A DNA stretch of 64,000 bases from Octopus vulgaris (GCA_951406725.2 OX597832.1:29636001-29700000), one strand, 5' to 3'. Positions 1-14,163 are shown, counted from the first letter of the stretch. The notes: generated by a model from the letters alone, not told the origin. Numbers and translations: made by a program.

Positions 1-290
1 ACACATATATTCAGCAGTCACAGCCCATGTTTCACTGCTGTGAAGCATGGCAGTTCACACACATGCATCGAACAATCTACCTTTCACTCTGTGCGAGAGA
101 CCCTTTCTCACCAGTAAGAGTAGAAGCTTTCTGAACTTTGCCCAGGCTATTCTTATTCTAGTGGTAACACTCTTTGAGCATCCACCTCCACTACAGACTT
201 GGTCACCTAGGTAGCGGAAGCTATCAACTACTTCTAGTTTCTCCCCTTGACTTGTGATGGAATCTGTTTTCTGAGCATCTGTGATGTTTA
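1..290 (-). mobile_element. RTE-clade LINE fragment (RT C-terminal region)
   Basis: Translates to LEVVDSFRYLGDQV...RIRIAWAKFRKL...KGRLFDACV, typical of the RTE thumb region; truncated. Confidence 0.85.
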
Positions 291-717
291 TACATGTCAT
301 ATGAAGTGTATTAGAAAATATGCTACAAAACATATCAAGGTTATACATATTTATATAAAAAAAAAGTAAGACACAAATGTAAAGCATATCTAATGTAGAC
401 ACGATGGAGATTTTTTTGACATAAAATAAATAAGGATAACTTCCTCACAGAGAAGAGAACATGTGCAACCCAGGTGGAATCAAGTGCATTCCTATTCTAA
501 TCACCTCTTGCACTGATCAACAGATTTAATTGTGTTTATTTTTGACTTCAGACAAACCAAGAGGCCCTTTCACCATCTGGGCAAAAGGCTTTGGTTATTG
601 TTAGACCCCTAACACACTTTATCAGCAATGTATCATTGGAAGGTTTCTGTTACATACATCTTTCATTTACAATCAACATTTACGCTATTTACAGTAATAA
701 CAATATTAAACATTGTC

Positions 718-755
<38 letters not shown>

Positions 756-799
756 GAGAAAAGAAAGAACAGTAGAACAAACAATTGGAAACTACATAG

Positions 800-1500
800 C
801 TAATTCATGCAACAAACTGACAATGTTGAAAGTAAAGGATGCCGGCTCAGGTTGACAGGTGGAAACTCAAAATGAGAGATCAAAACACTAATTTTAGCCT
901 CTCAAGAACAAGCCATTAGAACAAATTTGAGAAAGGCAAATATTGACAAAACTCAAGTCAGACAGCAAATGTAGATTTTGCAGGAAAGGAGATGAAAGTA
1001 TCAATCGCCTTTTGAGTGAGTGCAATGTTCTAGCACAAAAAGAGTATAAATGCAGACATGATTGTGCAAGCAAAGAGTGCATTGGGGTATTAGGTGAGTG
1101 TGGTGGCTTGAAAACAACTGAAAAATTGTATGGACATGAACTGGAGGCTGTGATAGAAAATGAGAATCACAGGATCTTATGAGATTTCCTCATAAAGACC
1201 GATTGTATTATTAAAACAAGAAGACCAGATATGATTACATAGGACAAAATAAACAGTCTAAGGTCATAGATTTTACCATTCTCTATGATAAAAGAATCGA
1301 TACCAAAGAAATTGAAAAAACAAATAGGAAATATCAGGATCTAGCCAGAGAATTGAGGAAATTGTGGAAGACCAAGACAACAGTTATTCTTGTAGTAATT
1401 GGTACATTTGACACAGCATCAAAAACAGACTGAAAAATATTGGAATTGAAACTGGGAAGTCCCTGTGAACTAAAGTAGCATCCAATAGGGAAATAATAAT
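800..1500 (+). mobile_element. Decayed RLE-type non-LTR retrotransposon 3' end (R4/Dong-like)
   Basis: CRFC...ESI..LLSEC zinc knuckle, YKCRHD, RRPD and KYQDLAREL motifs with stops/frameshifts; flanked by (AAT)n. Confidence 0.8.
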
Positions 1501-1507
1501 AATAGTA

Positions 1508-1538
<31 letters not shown>

Positions 1539-1556
1539 CGATGATGATGGTGATGG

Positions 1557-1589
<33 letters not shown>

Positions 1590-1665
1590 CGATGACGATG
1601 ACGATGACGATGATGATAATGATGACGATGACGATGATGACGATGATGATAATGATGATGATGAC

Positions 1666-1715
<50 letters not shown>

Positions 1716-1730
1716 CGATGATGGTGATGG

Positions 1731-1763
<33 letters not shown>

Positions 1764-1815
1764 CGATGACGATGACGATGACGATGATGATGATGATAAT
1801 GATGACGATGACGAT

Positions 1816-1850
<35 letters not shown>

Positions 1851-1893
1851 TGATGACGATGATGATGATGATGATAATGATGATGGTGATGAC

Positions 1894-1934
<41 letters not shown>

Positions 1935-1995
1935 CAGCAACAACAACGACGAAGAGGACGATGATGATGATGATGACAATGATGATGATGATAAT
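1508..1995 (+). repeat. (GAT/GAC)n trinucleotide array with an internal ~180-nt higher-order duplication
   Basis: Read directly; 1561-1620 is nearly identical to 1741-1800. Confidence 0.95.
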
Positions 1996-2301
1996 CAATA
2001 TTAATAGTAATAGATTTATTTACTTGTTTATTTATGTTTAATAATATAAAAAAATAAAAATAGCAAAAACGCTGTCAAACGAGTGTCTATAATTGTTGAG
2101 CAGAAGACAATAATAACCTGAAGGGGAGAAATATTATTTTAAGTCTTTGACCCAAATCTTAATTATTTATGACTGAACCAAGAAAGCTCCCTCTGGTGAC
2201 AAATTGCGGAGGATTAGATAAAACTGTCCTTAGCTTAATCTTACATTCCTGTTTTTCAAACACAACTGTTGTTTCATTCCCTAATCTATTCAACTGCACT
2301 G

Positions 2302-2367
<66 letters not shown>

Positions 2368-2523
2368 TCATATATATGTATGTATATATGTATGCACTGT
2401 GTAGTGTGTGTGTGACTGAGTCATGTCAACTGTAATGGGTGATGTGTGTCTGAGATAGAGAAATGGTTGGGATAAGTTATATATATGTCATATATATAAA
2501 TATATATATGTATATATCTGATT

Positions 2524-2557
<34 letters not shown>

Positions 2558-2805
2558 AGAAGGTTTGGAGATGATGTACAGGTATTTTATATTAGAATAA
2601 ATGAGGTACTCAGAAATTCGGATGGTTTTATATTTACAGATATTTATTTGTATATTTCATGTTTTCATAAATCATATATCATATATTAGCGCTTTCGTCC
2701 ATTCTGGTGGAATCTTCAAATTGAACTAAGTTCTTGGGGAAAATTTGACCATTTTTACAGTGTTATTGAGTGTGTAAATATATATATGTGCATGTATAAA
2801 TTTGT

Positions 2806-3150
2806 GAAGGCACATGGCTCAGTGGCTAGAATGTTGAGCTTACGATCATGAGGTTGAGAGTTCGATTCCTGGACCATGCTGTGTGTTGTGCTCTTGAGCA
2901 AGACACTTTATTTCACATTGCTCCAGTTCACTCAGCTGTGGAAGTCAGTTGTGATGTCTCTGGTCCCAAGCTGTATTGGCCCCTTTGCCTATCCCTTGGA
3001 TAACATCACTGGCATGGAGAGGGGAGGCTGGTATGCATGGGCAACTGCTGGTCTTCCATAAACAACCTAGCCTGGACTTGTGCCTCAGAGGGGAATTTTC
3101 TAGGTGTAATCCCATGGACAGTCATGACCGAAGGGGGTCTTTACCCTTTG
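2806..3150 (+). mobile_element. tRNA-derived SINE
   Basis: A-box TGGCTCAGTGG and B-box GTTCGATTCC followed by TTGAGCAAGACACTT core; similar heads at ~18930 and ~54340. Confidence 0.75.
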
Positions 3151-3389
3151 CCATTTATGTACACATTCATTATCATCAACAGTTAATGTCCATTTTCCAC
3201 ATGTAAATAAATATACTATATGTATAGTGGCTGTGTGGCAAGAAGCTTGCTTCCCAACCACATGGTTCCAGGTTCAGTCCCACTGCATGGCACCTTGGGC
3301 AAGTGTCTTCTACTATAGCCTCAGGCTGGCCAAAGCCCTGTGAGTGGATTTGGTAGATGGAAACTGAAAGAAGCCTATCATATATATAC

Positions 3390-3427
<38 letters not shown>

Positions 3428-3802
3428 CAAGTAGAAAGATATATTTTTTCAACATGTAAATACTGAACAGTATATATAAAGGATAAAATCTGTTTAAGAG
3501 CAGAAAAATTTGCCTGCAACCAGCCAATGCTTCAAAAACTAATTTATGCTTGTTTACATATGACGTAATACACACACACACACACACACATACATATATA
3601 TATACACATACATCTTCTGTAAAACTAACTCACAATCAATCCTAAGAGTTAGGATTTACAATAGTCATGGCTATATATGTAAGTAAAACTAAAAGTTTGG
3701 GGTCAGATATAATCAAATAAAATAAAATATGGGAAACATAACTCTAGAAGTAAACTAAGAGGTTTACATTTTAGGGTTAACTGGGAGTATTATTAAAGAA
3801 CT

Positions 3803-4350
3803 CATCATTATCATCATTTAACGTCTGCTTTCCATGCTGGCATGGGTTGGCTGGTTTGACCAGAGCTGGTAAGTCCAAGGGCTGCACCAGGCTCCATTGT
3901 TCTGGCACGGATTCTACAGCTGGATGCACTTCCTAACGCCAGCCACTCCACAGAGTGTATTGGTTGCTTTTAACATGGCACCAGAACTAATGCTTGTGAT
4001 GTGGCACCAGCACCAGAATCAATTCTGTTGTGCCAGACGAGTCTTCTCGAGCAGAGCAATGCACCAGGGATCTTGGTCCCTAGTCATCTCCTTCGTAAGG
4101 TTCAGTGTCTTGTGATCAGCCTTCAATACTTCATCCTATGTCCTCCTGGGTCCCCCTCTTCCACAGGTTCCATCAACTCTCAGTGATCAGAACGTCTGTA
4201 TGCAACAGTCTACATCCATGCACATCACATGACCAAACCCGTGCATTCTTCTCTCTTACACACAGCATCTAATTCCTCTTAAGCCCAAATTTTCCCTCAA
4301 AAAATTAGCACTCTGACACATATATACTGACATTGAGCACCCAGCAGAGC
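3803..4350 (-). mobile_element. (GAT)n-tailed SINE joined to an RTE LINE 3' fragment
   Basis: Reverse complement of the GGCATCCAGCTGTAGAA...GACGTTAAA(TGA)n tail, followed by an RTE-like FGHVM...GRG remnant. Confidence 0.65.
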
Positions 4351-4992
4351 ATACGGGTTTGATATATATAGTGAGTGTCTTTGACCCCTTGTTCTTTATC
4401 ACATGACACGCATTTATTGTTGTTCTTGCCATTGCTGCTGTTTACAGTAACCAAGTTTCCCAGTCCTTCCACCTGCTCAAGAATGTCATCTCTCTGAAAT
4501 GTCTCCCTTACACATGTCTTTCTCGGAACCGCAGTTCAAGTGGAACATTACCACCATCCGTTTTACCATTCTCAGAGCTCTGGGCACTGTGCCTTCATTC
4601 AGGTCGAGTTAATAAAAAACAGAAAATAATGGAATATTTTACACAATCTTTCCTTTTCTAAATTCCAATTTCTGGAAATTTCTCCCATTCAACCGGTCCC
4701 TTTAATCGCTAGCCCCCACCAATGTAGGAAAATCTGCAGAGGCTATGAGCTCAGCCTCTTTTCCAGCAACTAAAATCTCCACTTGTCAGTAACCTTTCAC
4801 CTTAAACATCGTTTATTAAACAGTGCTCCCACTGCTTACTTGAGTTGACCTCCATTCACCACTCTTAATGTTGTTACAGTTGTTTTGTCTCAATTCGGTC
4901 CTGATTGACCTTAATTATGAACAAAAATATGTTACTCATCCCTGCCCCCCATCAGCCACAATGTATCTTGAGCAATATCATCCAACTTGTCC

Positions 4993-5047
<55 letters not shown>

Positions 5048-6232
5048 CCATATCCTGTGATTTTAAGGAGATTTAGCTGCTATTTCTAGTAAGTCAAATA
5101 TATGGCATAAGGCTTGTTGGTGATTCTCAGAATGTTTACTTCAGACTTTGGTCAACAGATCCACTAAAAGCTTTATTTCAGACAGAGAGAGAAGTAAATG
5201 TGCATGTGTGTGTGTGTCTGTGTCTGTGCATGCGTGTGTGAGTGTGTGCGTGTGTGTGCACGCATGCACATGCACATGTGAATGCATGTGCACGTGTGCA
5301 TTGTTGTGTGCACACGTGCATGTGTATGTATGTTTATGTGTGCATGTGTGTGTCTGCATGAATGCATATGCATGTGCACATGCATGTGTATATGTCTGCT
5401 CCTATGTGTGCATATGTGCATGTGTGTGCGTGCATGCATGTGTTTGTGCATGTGTGCATGTGCATGTATGTGTGTATGTGTGTATGCATGTGTGTGTGTG
5501 TTTGTATGTGTGTGCATGTGTGTGCGCATGTGTTTTTGTATGTGCATGTGTGCATGTGTGTGTGTGGCTCCTTGAAACTAAAGCAATCTCAAGGATTCAG
5601 CAAATTGCTATAAATATGTCTGGGTGTTCTATCTAACCTGATAAAGATTCAATATATCATGAAGATTTAACAAATATATATTCTTCAACAAATATATATT
5701 CCTCACTCAATTCTCATAAATATTATCCTTCAGCCAGTTCTCATAATAAAATATGACTTCACCAAATATTATAGTTTAACATTAAAAATGGTAAAAGAAA
5801 CATGGAAACAAGCCTCCGCCAAAATCTTAGGCAACTTTTTAATCTAAGACACTTGAAGACTGTATTGAATTTCCAAAAGAATATCTTATCTCAACAGAGA
5901 CAGAATTTAATATATAATCTGAGTTTGGTCTGAACTCTCTAAACTCCATTAAATTTGGAATTATATTCTTATTCTGGTTATTAGACCATTTCTCGATAAA
6001 CAAAACTAATTTATTGAACTTATCTAAGAATTCGGTAAGTATTGATTCAGGAACTTTTTACTTCTTGCATTGAATACTGAAGTAATTTAAAACCAACAGA
6101 AATTCTTCAACCGAAAATTGATCTCCCAGAATCTGTGAATCTACCAATAGGACTTATTGAAGTCAGATGCCAAGCTGACAGAATTATTAACCCACAGGGA
6201 AAAATACTTAATGATATTTCATTTGCCTTTAT

Positions 6233-6510
6233 ATTTTGAGTTCAAATACCACCAAGGTCGACTTTGCCTTTCGTCCATTGGGGATCGATAAAATAAATAC
6301 CAGTTGAGCATTGGAGGTTGATGTAATTGACTTACACCCTCCCTTGAAATTGCTGGCCTTGTGCCAAAATTTTGAGTTCAAATGCCACTAAGGTTGACTT
6401 TGCCTTTCGTCCATTGGGGATCAATAAAATAAATACCAGTTGAGTATTGGAGGTTAATGTAATTGACTTACACCCTCCCTTGAAATTGCTGGCCTTGCGC
6501 CAAAATTTGA
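6233..6510 (+). repeat. 136-bp tandem duplication inside a SINE (GACTTTGCCTTTC..GATAAAATAAATACCAG family)
   Basis: Unit starts ATTTTGAGTTCAAAT at 6233 and again at 6369. Confidence 0.85.
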
Positions 6511-7009
6511 AATCAACATTATAAATTAATGTTTCTGTTTGGATCTGTTTATTAGCAATTATTGAAATAATCATGTGTAATGTCTCAGATTTAAACCTGG
6601 AATAATTTCACGTTAGGCATGTCGTTATTTAACCCAGGATAAGTAAGTAATCATGTTATTAATGAAACATGATAACATTTCCATTAGAATAATTTCTCTG
6701 TTCCCTATGTTAATTAGTTATTAAAAGACTATTCTGAGATTAAATTACATCTGTACTTATTTCCAGTTAAATTCTACATTTCTATTCATTTCTAACTATT
6801 TCCAATTTGATGGTAACTAGTTTCAACAGCCAAGTGAACTGAGCTAGCATACAATTGATTAATACCCCAGAATACTGGAGAACATCTACAGTGAATTTTA
6901 ACTCATATTGGTAACCCAGGACGTAATCTCTTTGAACATTTTCTCTCCATCACCAGCTGTTAATTTAATTAAAAAGGTCCTCATCAGTCTAAAATCAAAT
7001 ATAATCTAA

Positions 7010-7505
7010 TGAAATTGAATTCGAAATCAAATTTGATGACTGGCATCCGTGCTAGTGGAACATTAAGTGTACCATCTGAGTGTGATCGTTGCCAGTGCAA
7101 CTAACTGGCCTCCGTGCTGGTGGCACGTAAAAAGCACCATTCAAGCGTGATCGTTACCTACATCACCTTACTGGCACTTGGGCTTGTGGCATATGAAATA
7201 AACATTCAAGTGAGGTCATTGCCAGTGCCGCTGGACTGGCTCCTGTGCAGGTGTCACATAAAAAACACCATTTGAGTGTGGCCGTTGCCAGCACCGCCTG
7301 ACTGGCCCTCGTGCCAGTGGCACATAAAAGCACCCACTACACTCTCAGAGTGGTTGGCATTAGGAAGGGCATCCAGCCGTAGAAACTCTGCCAAATCAGA
7401 TTGGAGCCTGGTGCAGCCTCCTGGTTTGCCAGTCTTCAGTCAAATCGTCCAACCCATGCTAGCATGGAAGGCAGACGTTAAACTTTGATGATGATGATGA
7501 TGATG
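7010..7505 (+). mobile_element. Abundant (GAT)n-tailed SINE family, long copy
   Basis: GAGTGGTTGGCATTAGGAAGGGCATCCAGC...CCCATGCTAGCATGGAA...(GAT)n; related copies at ~8895, 16200(-), 18765, 23860, 24430, 39683(-), 40345(-), 43665, 44079(-). Confidence 0.85.
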
Positions 7506-8013
7506 TATCCTTTTTATAAGACAATAACTAACCTTACTTGTGCTAATGCCATGTAAATAGCCCTGAGTCCACTCTGTCGAGTGGTTGTTGTTAGGAAGGG
7601 CTTCTTGCTGTAAAACCCCCACCAAAATGGACAGTCGCCTAGGGTAGTTTTTCTACCTGGCCACCTCCTCTCAACCATCCTAGCCATGTATGTATGGAAG
7701 ATGAATGTTAAACAATGATGATGATGATGATGAATATGATGTTTTTTTGTGACAATTTAACTGTTATTTCTGGCTGCTCTTGTGACCACATGAAGGCTCT
7801 CTTGATAGTTCATCATTTAGAAATATTTTTCAAGATGTATTTTTGATTTTGCAAAGACTAAATATTTTTTCTCCAATCTGAATGTTGATGTGAAGATTTG
7901 TGGGAGTATGGGCATGATACTAATGTTTCTTTCTTGTTCTCAAGTATATAAGATGTACATTTAAGTGGCTTTAATAGTATATGAATAAACAAAAACTATA
8001 TGTTCCATTATGA

Positions 8014-8528
8014 AGATGTACTTGCATAGCAAGTGACTTGATCTGAGATCATGTGCTGAAACAAAAACAATTGCAGCATGGAAGTTGTTTATAAGCCATT
8101 TTAAAAACACGCAAAAAGTGTTAGATTCACTTCAACATATAAAATTTAACTTGTCAAAATATTTTCATCCTTTGAAACTGTGACCTGTTCATCGACAAAA
8201 TTCATATCATATTGTATGAGAATTTTAATAATCCATTGCTGAAGCTAAACATCTCTATTTCCATATTGCAATATAATAATATTACGGAGATGTACTTGCA
8301 TAGCAAGTGACCTGATCTGAGATCGTGTGCTGGAACGAAAACAATTGCAGCGTGGAAGGTGTTTATAAGCTATTTAAGAAACACATAAAACCGTTAGATT
8401 CACTTCAACATTTAAATTTAATTTGTCAAAGCGACGAAAATATTTTGACAAATTAAATTTAAATGTTGAAGTGAATCTAACGGTTTTTCTATGTTTCTTA
8501 AATGGCTTATAAACACCTTCCACGCTGC
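8014..8528. repeat. Direct plus inverted copies of a ~150-bp repeat, forming a fold-back with ~84-bp arms (8347-8430 / 8444-8528)
   Basis: 8014-8165 matches 8288-8430; 8444-8528 is the reverse complement of 8347-8430. Confidence 0.9.
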
Positions 8529-9037
8529 GATATAATGATACTTTTGTTATTATTGTGGGATAACATTCTCAGGGATTTGTTTCCATCTCCATCGGAACTC
8601 GTTTTGTTAATAAGTAAACTATAGTTCAATATTCATTCCGGTGAGGAATATGTCACATTCTTTTACAGATATATATACACAAATTGATTTTATTTATATA
8701 CCTATATAGAAATAACAACCATCATCACCATCATCATCACCATCATCATCATCATCATCATCGTTGTCGTCGTTGTTGTTGTCGTCATCATCATCGTCAT
8801 TATCATCATTGTCATCACCACCACCATTGTTGTTATCGCCATCATCATCACCACCACCACCATCATCATCCTCATCCTCATCATTTTTTATTGTCGTCTC
8901 GGAGTGGTTGGCATTAGGAAGGGCATCCAGCTGTAGAAACTCTGCCAGATAAGATTGGAGCCTGGTGCAGCCATCTGGTTCTCCAGTCCTCAGTCAAATC
9001 GTCCAACCCATGCTAGCATGGAAAGCGGACATTAAAC

Positions 9038-9071
<34 letters not shown>

Positions 9072-9290
9072 CTCTTCCATCCTGGAATGGTTTGAAAGGT
9101 TCTATTGGATCTGGTGTGTCCAAGGACTGCATTGTGCTCCAGTCTCTGCTTTGGTAGGGTTTCTATGGCTGGACACCCTTCCTAGCATTGACCACTCTAC
9201 AAAGTGAACTGGGTGCCTTGTTTCCATGGCACCAGCACTAATGGGGTCCCCATGCAGCTTGCAAGATCCCTTTTGACAGAATGAGACTAC

Positions 9291-9348
<58 letters not shown>

Positions 9349-11326
9349 CTTATGCTGTGGGTTGAGGGCTGAAAGTGAGAGAAAAGGGTTCGGAACCAGT
9401 TTCATGCTGAAGCAGAGATACATGGGTCCTTCCATTTTGTAAGAGAGGAACAATTGGGATGGAACTGAAGAAGTGATGGTGGTGGAGGTGGTGGCAGTGG
9501 CAGTGGTGGCAGTGATGACAACAACAGCAATGACAACACTGTTAATAATAAGATGAAGAAGGGCTTGTGTCCCTCCATTCGTTTCATATTTATAATTTGT
9601 TTTCTTCTCTGATAAAGCTGCCTTCTACATTCTATATTCTGTTATTCTGCTATTTTCTTATTCTGTTCTTTTACTATTCCTTTATCACAAAAGTGTATCA
9701 TTTTGTCATTCTGTCATCTTATTATTCTTTTATGTATTGTCATCTTATTCCGTTACATTGCTGTTCTGTTATTCTATTATTCTATGATTCTACAACTCCC
9801 TCCTTTGAGTATTCTTTTGTTTTGTCATTCTATCATTCTGCCATTCTGTCAGTGTTCTCAGTGTTATTCTTCTATTCCGTTATTCTGCCACTTGGAGTCA
9901 GAAGTGTGTTGATCCATTGGAATGTTAATCTCTTCATCTATTAATCTGTTATCAATCGTTTTCTTTCTCCCCCCACCCCCACCCACCCTCTCCTCCTCTC
10001 GCTGGTTTTAGTCAAAATACTTCAATTTCAGTTGGAATGTTTTTCACAAACAACCTAAACACCCACCACCACCACCACAAACACCAACCACCCACCACCA
10101 TTTCTCCCACCACCACCACCACCACTACCACCCCCAACAGCAAAGGTTATTGACCGTGATTGCTCCTGTGACTAAGAACTAGTGACCGAATTCCCTGAAA
10201 TCACACAGATGTATTTAGACAGAATGGATTGTCATGGCTAGAACGTCTTTCATCAAAGGTTCACTTGATGAAGGATGACTTGGGATTAAATAACAACAAG
10301 AATAAATCAATAACAACAACAACAACAACAACAACAAGGAGGCTTGTGTAGCATTTTCCTGCAAGAAATAGCAGCCAAGTTTCCTTTAACTCACACACAG
10401 TTCTCTTAAAATAGTTAATACTGGTAAAAATCATTGTGATTTTCCTGCAAAATGGCTGGTTGGTCATGGTTAGAATGGGTCTGCAGACACTCACAAGAAG
10501 CTACCAAACAAAATCTCATAATAATGATAATCCTCTCTACTATAGGCACAAAGCCTGAGATTTGGGGAAGGGGACCAGTTGATTACATCAACCCCAGTAT
10601 TTCACTGGTACTTAATATAATAATGATAAAATGCCCTGATGCAGTACCAGGCAGTGGCTCTCATTGCTTCTGATCTAAACTGATTGGAAGTGTTATCATG
10701 TACATTGTTTTGTCTTGGTATAAAAGATGGGCTAGAGCAAATATTCTGCTCAGTACCACAGATTTGCTTGTCAGTTGTTTGACCTTAACCAGTTGAGCAT
10801 GTCCCTTAGTGGCTGACGATATGTGCATCTCTGATCATGAGCAGAAGTAGGGGGAGAGGGCATCTTAGCCATGTGTTGAGAGGGATTCTTTGGGGTTTGG
10901 ATAATTCACCTCTGGAAACATGGGTGTTTTATTCATCATCCTTAAACAAACTTTATTCAGGGACATTTTGAGCAGGATGGGCTACTCGACCTGAAGAAAA
11001 TTCTAACTGGGCCCCAACTGCAAGGTCATGCACTGTTTATCCTGATATGAGATCACCATGTTGCGTACATATGGTTGTGATGCATGTGCCTAGTGTACCC
11101 TTATCAGACGGGTAGTCATGATGGGTAGTCATATTATTATTATTGTTATTGTTGTTGTTGTTGTTATTCAAGTCACTGCCTGGAATGAAACCACTACATG
11201 GTGTAGTGGTTAAGAGCATGGGCTACTAACCCCAAGATTCCAAGTTCAATAATAATAATAATAATAATAATAACAATATCGAAAAATAGCTTAGGAACGA
11301 GAACCCAGGTTCAAAATTTCCCCCAA

Positions 11327-11372
11327 GACACCTGATGAAGGCTGGAGGGTATATCAGCTGAAATGTTGTGTT
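11327..11372 (+). ncRNA. Minimal type I hammerhead-ribozyme motif in a Penelope-like repeat
   Basis: GACAC-CUGAUGA-A-GGCUG..CAGCU-GAAA-UGUU-GUGUU; a second family copy lies on the minus strand at ~36640-36767. Confidence 0.6.
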
Positions 11373-11827
11373 AACAACAAAGAAGATGAGGACAAATATC
11401 CATCAGATGAAAATAATGTAAATAATGTAAATAATGAACAGTTTAATGACAATAATTGTTTCTAATTGCGGCATAAGGTGAGCAATGTTGAGAGGAGGGG
11501 TTAATTGATATTCTCATCCCCAGTACTTGACTGTTATATTATTTTATCAACCTCCAAAAAGGTGAAATGCAGAGTTTATTTAGCTGGGAACATGAAGTGA
11601 GGATGTAAAGACCCAAAACAAATAACATATGGCATTTTTTACCAAAGCTCTGATGCTTCTGTCAATTGGAAGCCAGAAATTTAAGGGAGAGTGTCAGCTG
11701 AGTACATCAACCCCTGAGGTTCATTGAAATTATTTTGTTAACCCCAGAGGGAAGGAAGACAAAAGCTGGCCTTGGTGGGACTCAAACACAGATCATAAAT
11801 AATGCAAGGCATTTTGGCCATCATTCT

Positions 11828-12613
<786 letters not shown>

Positions 12614-12997
12614 AAGGGCTGAAGCTGATTGGAAGAGGCTAGTTGATTACATTGCCCCCAGTGTAAATTTCATCCACCCTGAAAGGATGAAAGGCAAAAG
12701 TGACCTCAGTGGAGTGCCATCTCAGGGCAATTACAATACCAGTGATTGTGGGAACACTAGGAATGACCAAAACAGGAATTGATCCCTAGCTTACCATTCC
12801 TGTAAGAAGTGCAAAAGATTGTCTTGACTGCGCATGGACAAGATGCCGAATGCACTTTTGCCGAAGGTCAAGAAGCCGAAACCAAGAAACCCAACAGACA
12901 CAATGCTGAATGGACACAACAATAAAAAAACCATTCCTGTCTTCATAGTTTAATGACCATTTTAGACTGTCAAATGGTCATATTGTAGGAATAAAAT

Positions 12998-13782
12998 CAG
13001 AGCTGGATTATTCATTAAGCAAAATAAGCATGTGCTTAGGGCATAGGAGGAAAGTTGGGGGCACCACAGAAATGGTAAATGGTCTACAGCCCAAAAGAAA
13101 TTACTTTAAGCTTCCTGAAATATAATTTCAAAGTGTTCATGGTGAGGACCTGATCAAAGACTTTGCAATTAAAAAAAAAGTAAGAGAAAACTTTTCAAAT
13201 ATAAGTGCAGGAGTGGCTGTGTGGTAAGTAGCTTGCTTACCAGCCACATGGTTCCGGGTTCATTCCCAACTGCAAGGCACCTTGGGCAAGTGTCTTCTAC
13301 TATAGCCTCGGGCCGACCAAAGCCTTGTGAGTGGATTTGGTAGACGGAAACTAAAGGAAGCCCGTCGTATATATGTATATATATATATATGTGTGTGTGT
13401 ATATGTTTGTGTGTCTGTGTTTGTCCCCCCAACATCGCTTGACAACCAATGGTGGTGTATTTACGTCCCCGTAACTTAGCGGTTTAGCAAAAGAGACCGA
13501 CCGATAGAATAAGTACTAGGCTTACAAAGAATAAGTTCTGGGGTCAATTTGTTCGACTAAAGGCCGTGCTCCAGCATGGCCACAGTCAAATGACTGAAAC
13601 AAGTAAAAGAGCAAAAAATTAAATATAAATAAAATGGAAGTATTCAAAAATAAACTTTATTTTCCATCTTGCTTTTAGTTTTGTTACATTTTGAAAAATA
13701 AAAATGTATTTTATGTATATATATGGGGGCACCAAAATCTTTTTAAACGCTTAGGGCCTCTTTGGGTCTTAATCCAGCCCTG
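12998..13782. mobile_element. Non-autonomous hAT element with nested SINE
   Basis: TIRs CAGAGCTGGATTA / TAATCCAGCCCTG; perfect 8-bp TSD AATAAAAT at 12990-12997 and 13783-13790. Confidence 0.88.
13204..13615 (+). mobile_element. tRNA-derived SINE (GGAGTGGCTGTGTGGTAAG head), full-length copy
   Basis: Pol III A/B-like boxes, GCACCTTGGGCAAGTGTCTTCTACTATAGCC core and internal (TA/TG)n; related copies at ~3226, 29310, 31420(-), 33440, 57420, 61318. Confidence 0.85.
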
Positions 13783-14163
13783 AATAAAATGATTATCATA
13801 TATTTTAATTTCGCATGTCTTTTCGATATCTTGTCCGTCCTGCTTTACATCCGTTCAGCATTGTGTCCATTCGGGTTTTTTGGCTTTGACTTCTTGTCCT
13901 TCAACAAAAGTGCATACGGTATCCTATCCATGTACCGTTCTAACTGGTACGTCATCCGTATTGAGAAGAGCTTTGTCACTGTGGGAAATAATGTAAATCA
14001 TTTCTTTTTTTCTGCATAATTTTATTTGATTTTGCAAATGAACAATCTGTTGTGTTTATTTTAATGGCCTGTCAATGTATAACAGTGTATTTCTTTGTCC
14101 CCGAGTGTCAGGAAGACTCTTGGCGATGAAACAAAATTGAAAGAAGAAAAACTGATGATGATG

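Noticed and set aside
13204-13280. tRNA genes (also ~2806, 19860-19927, 28060-28130, 57420, 61318)
   Set aside because: A/B boxes are present but there is no clean cloverleaf, and each continues into a repeated SINE body
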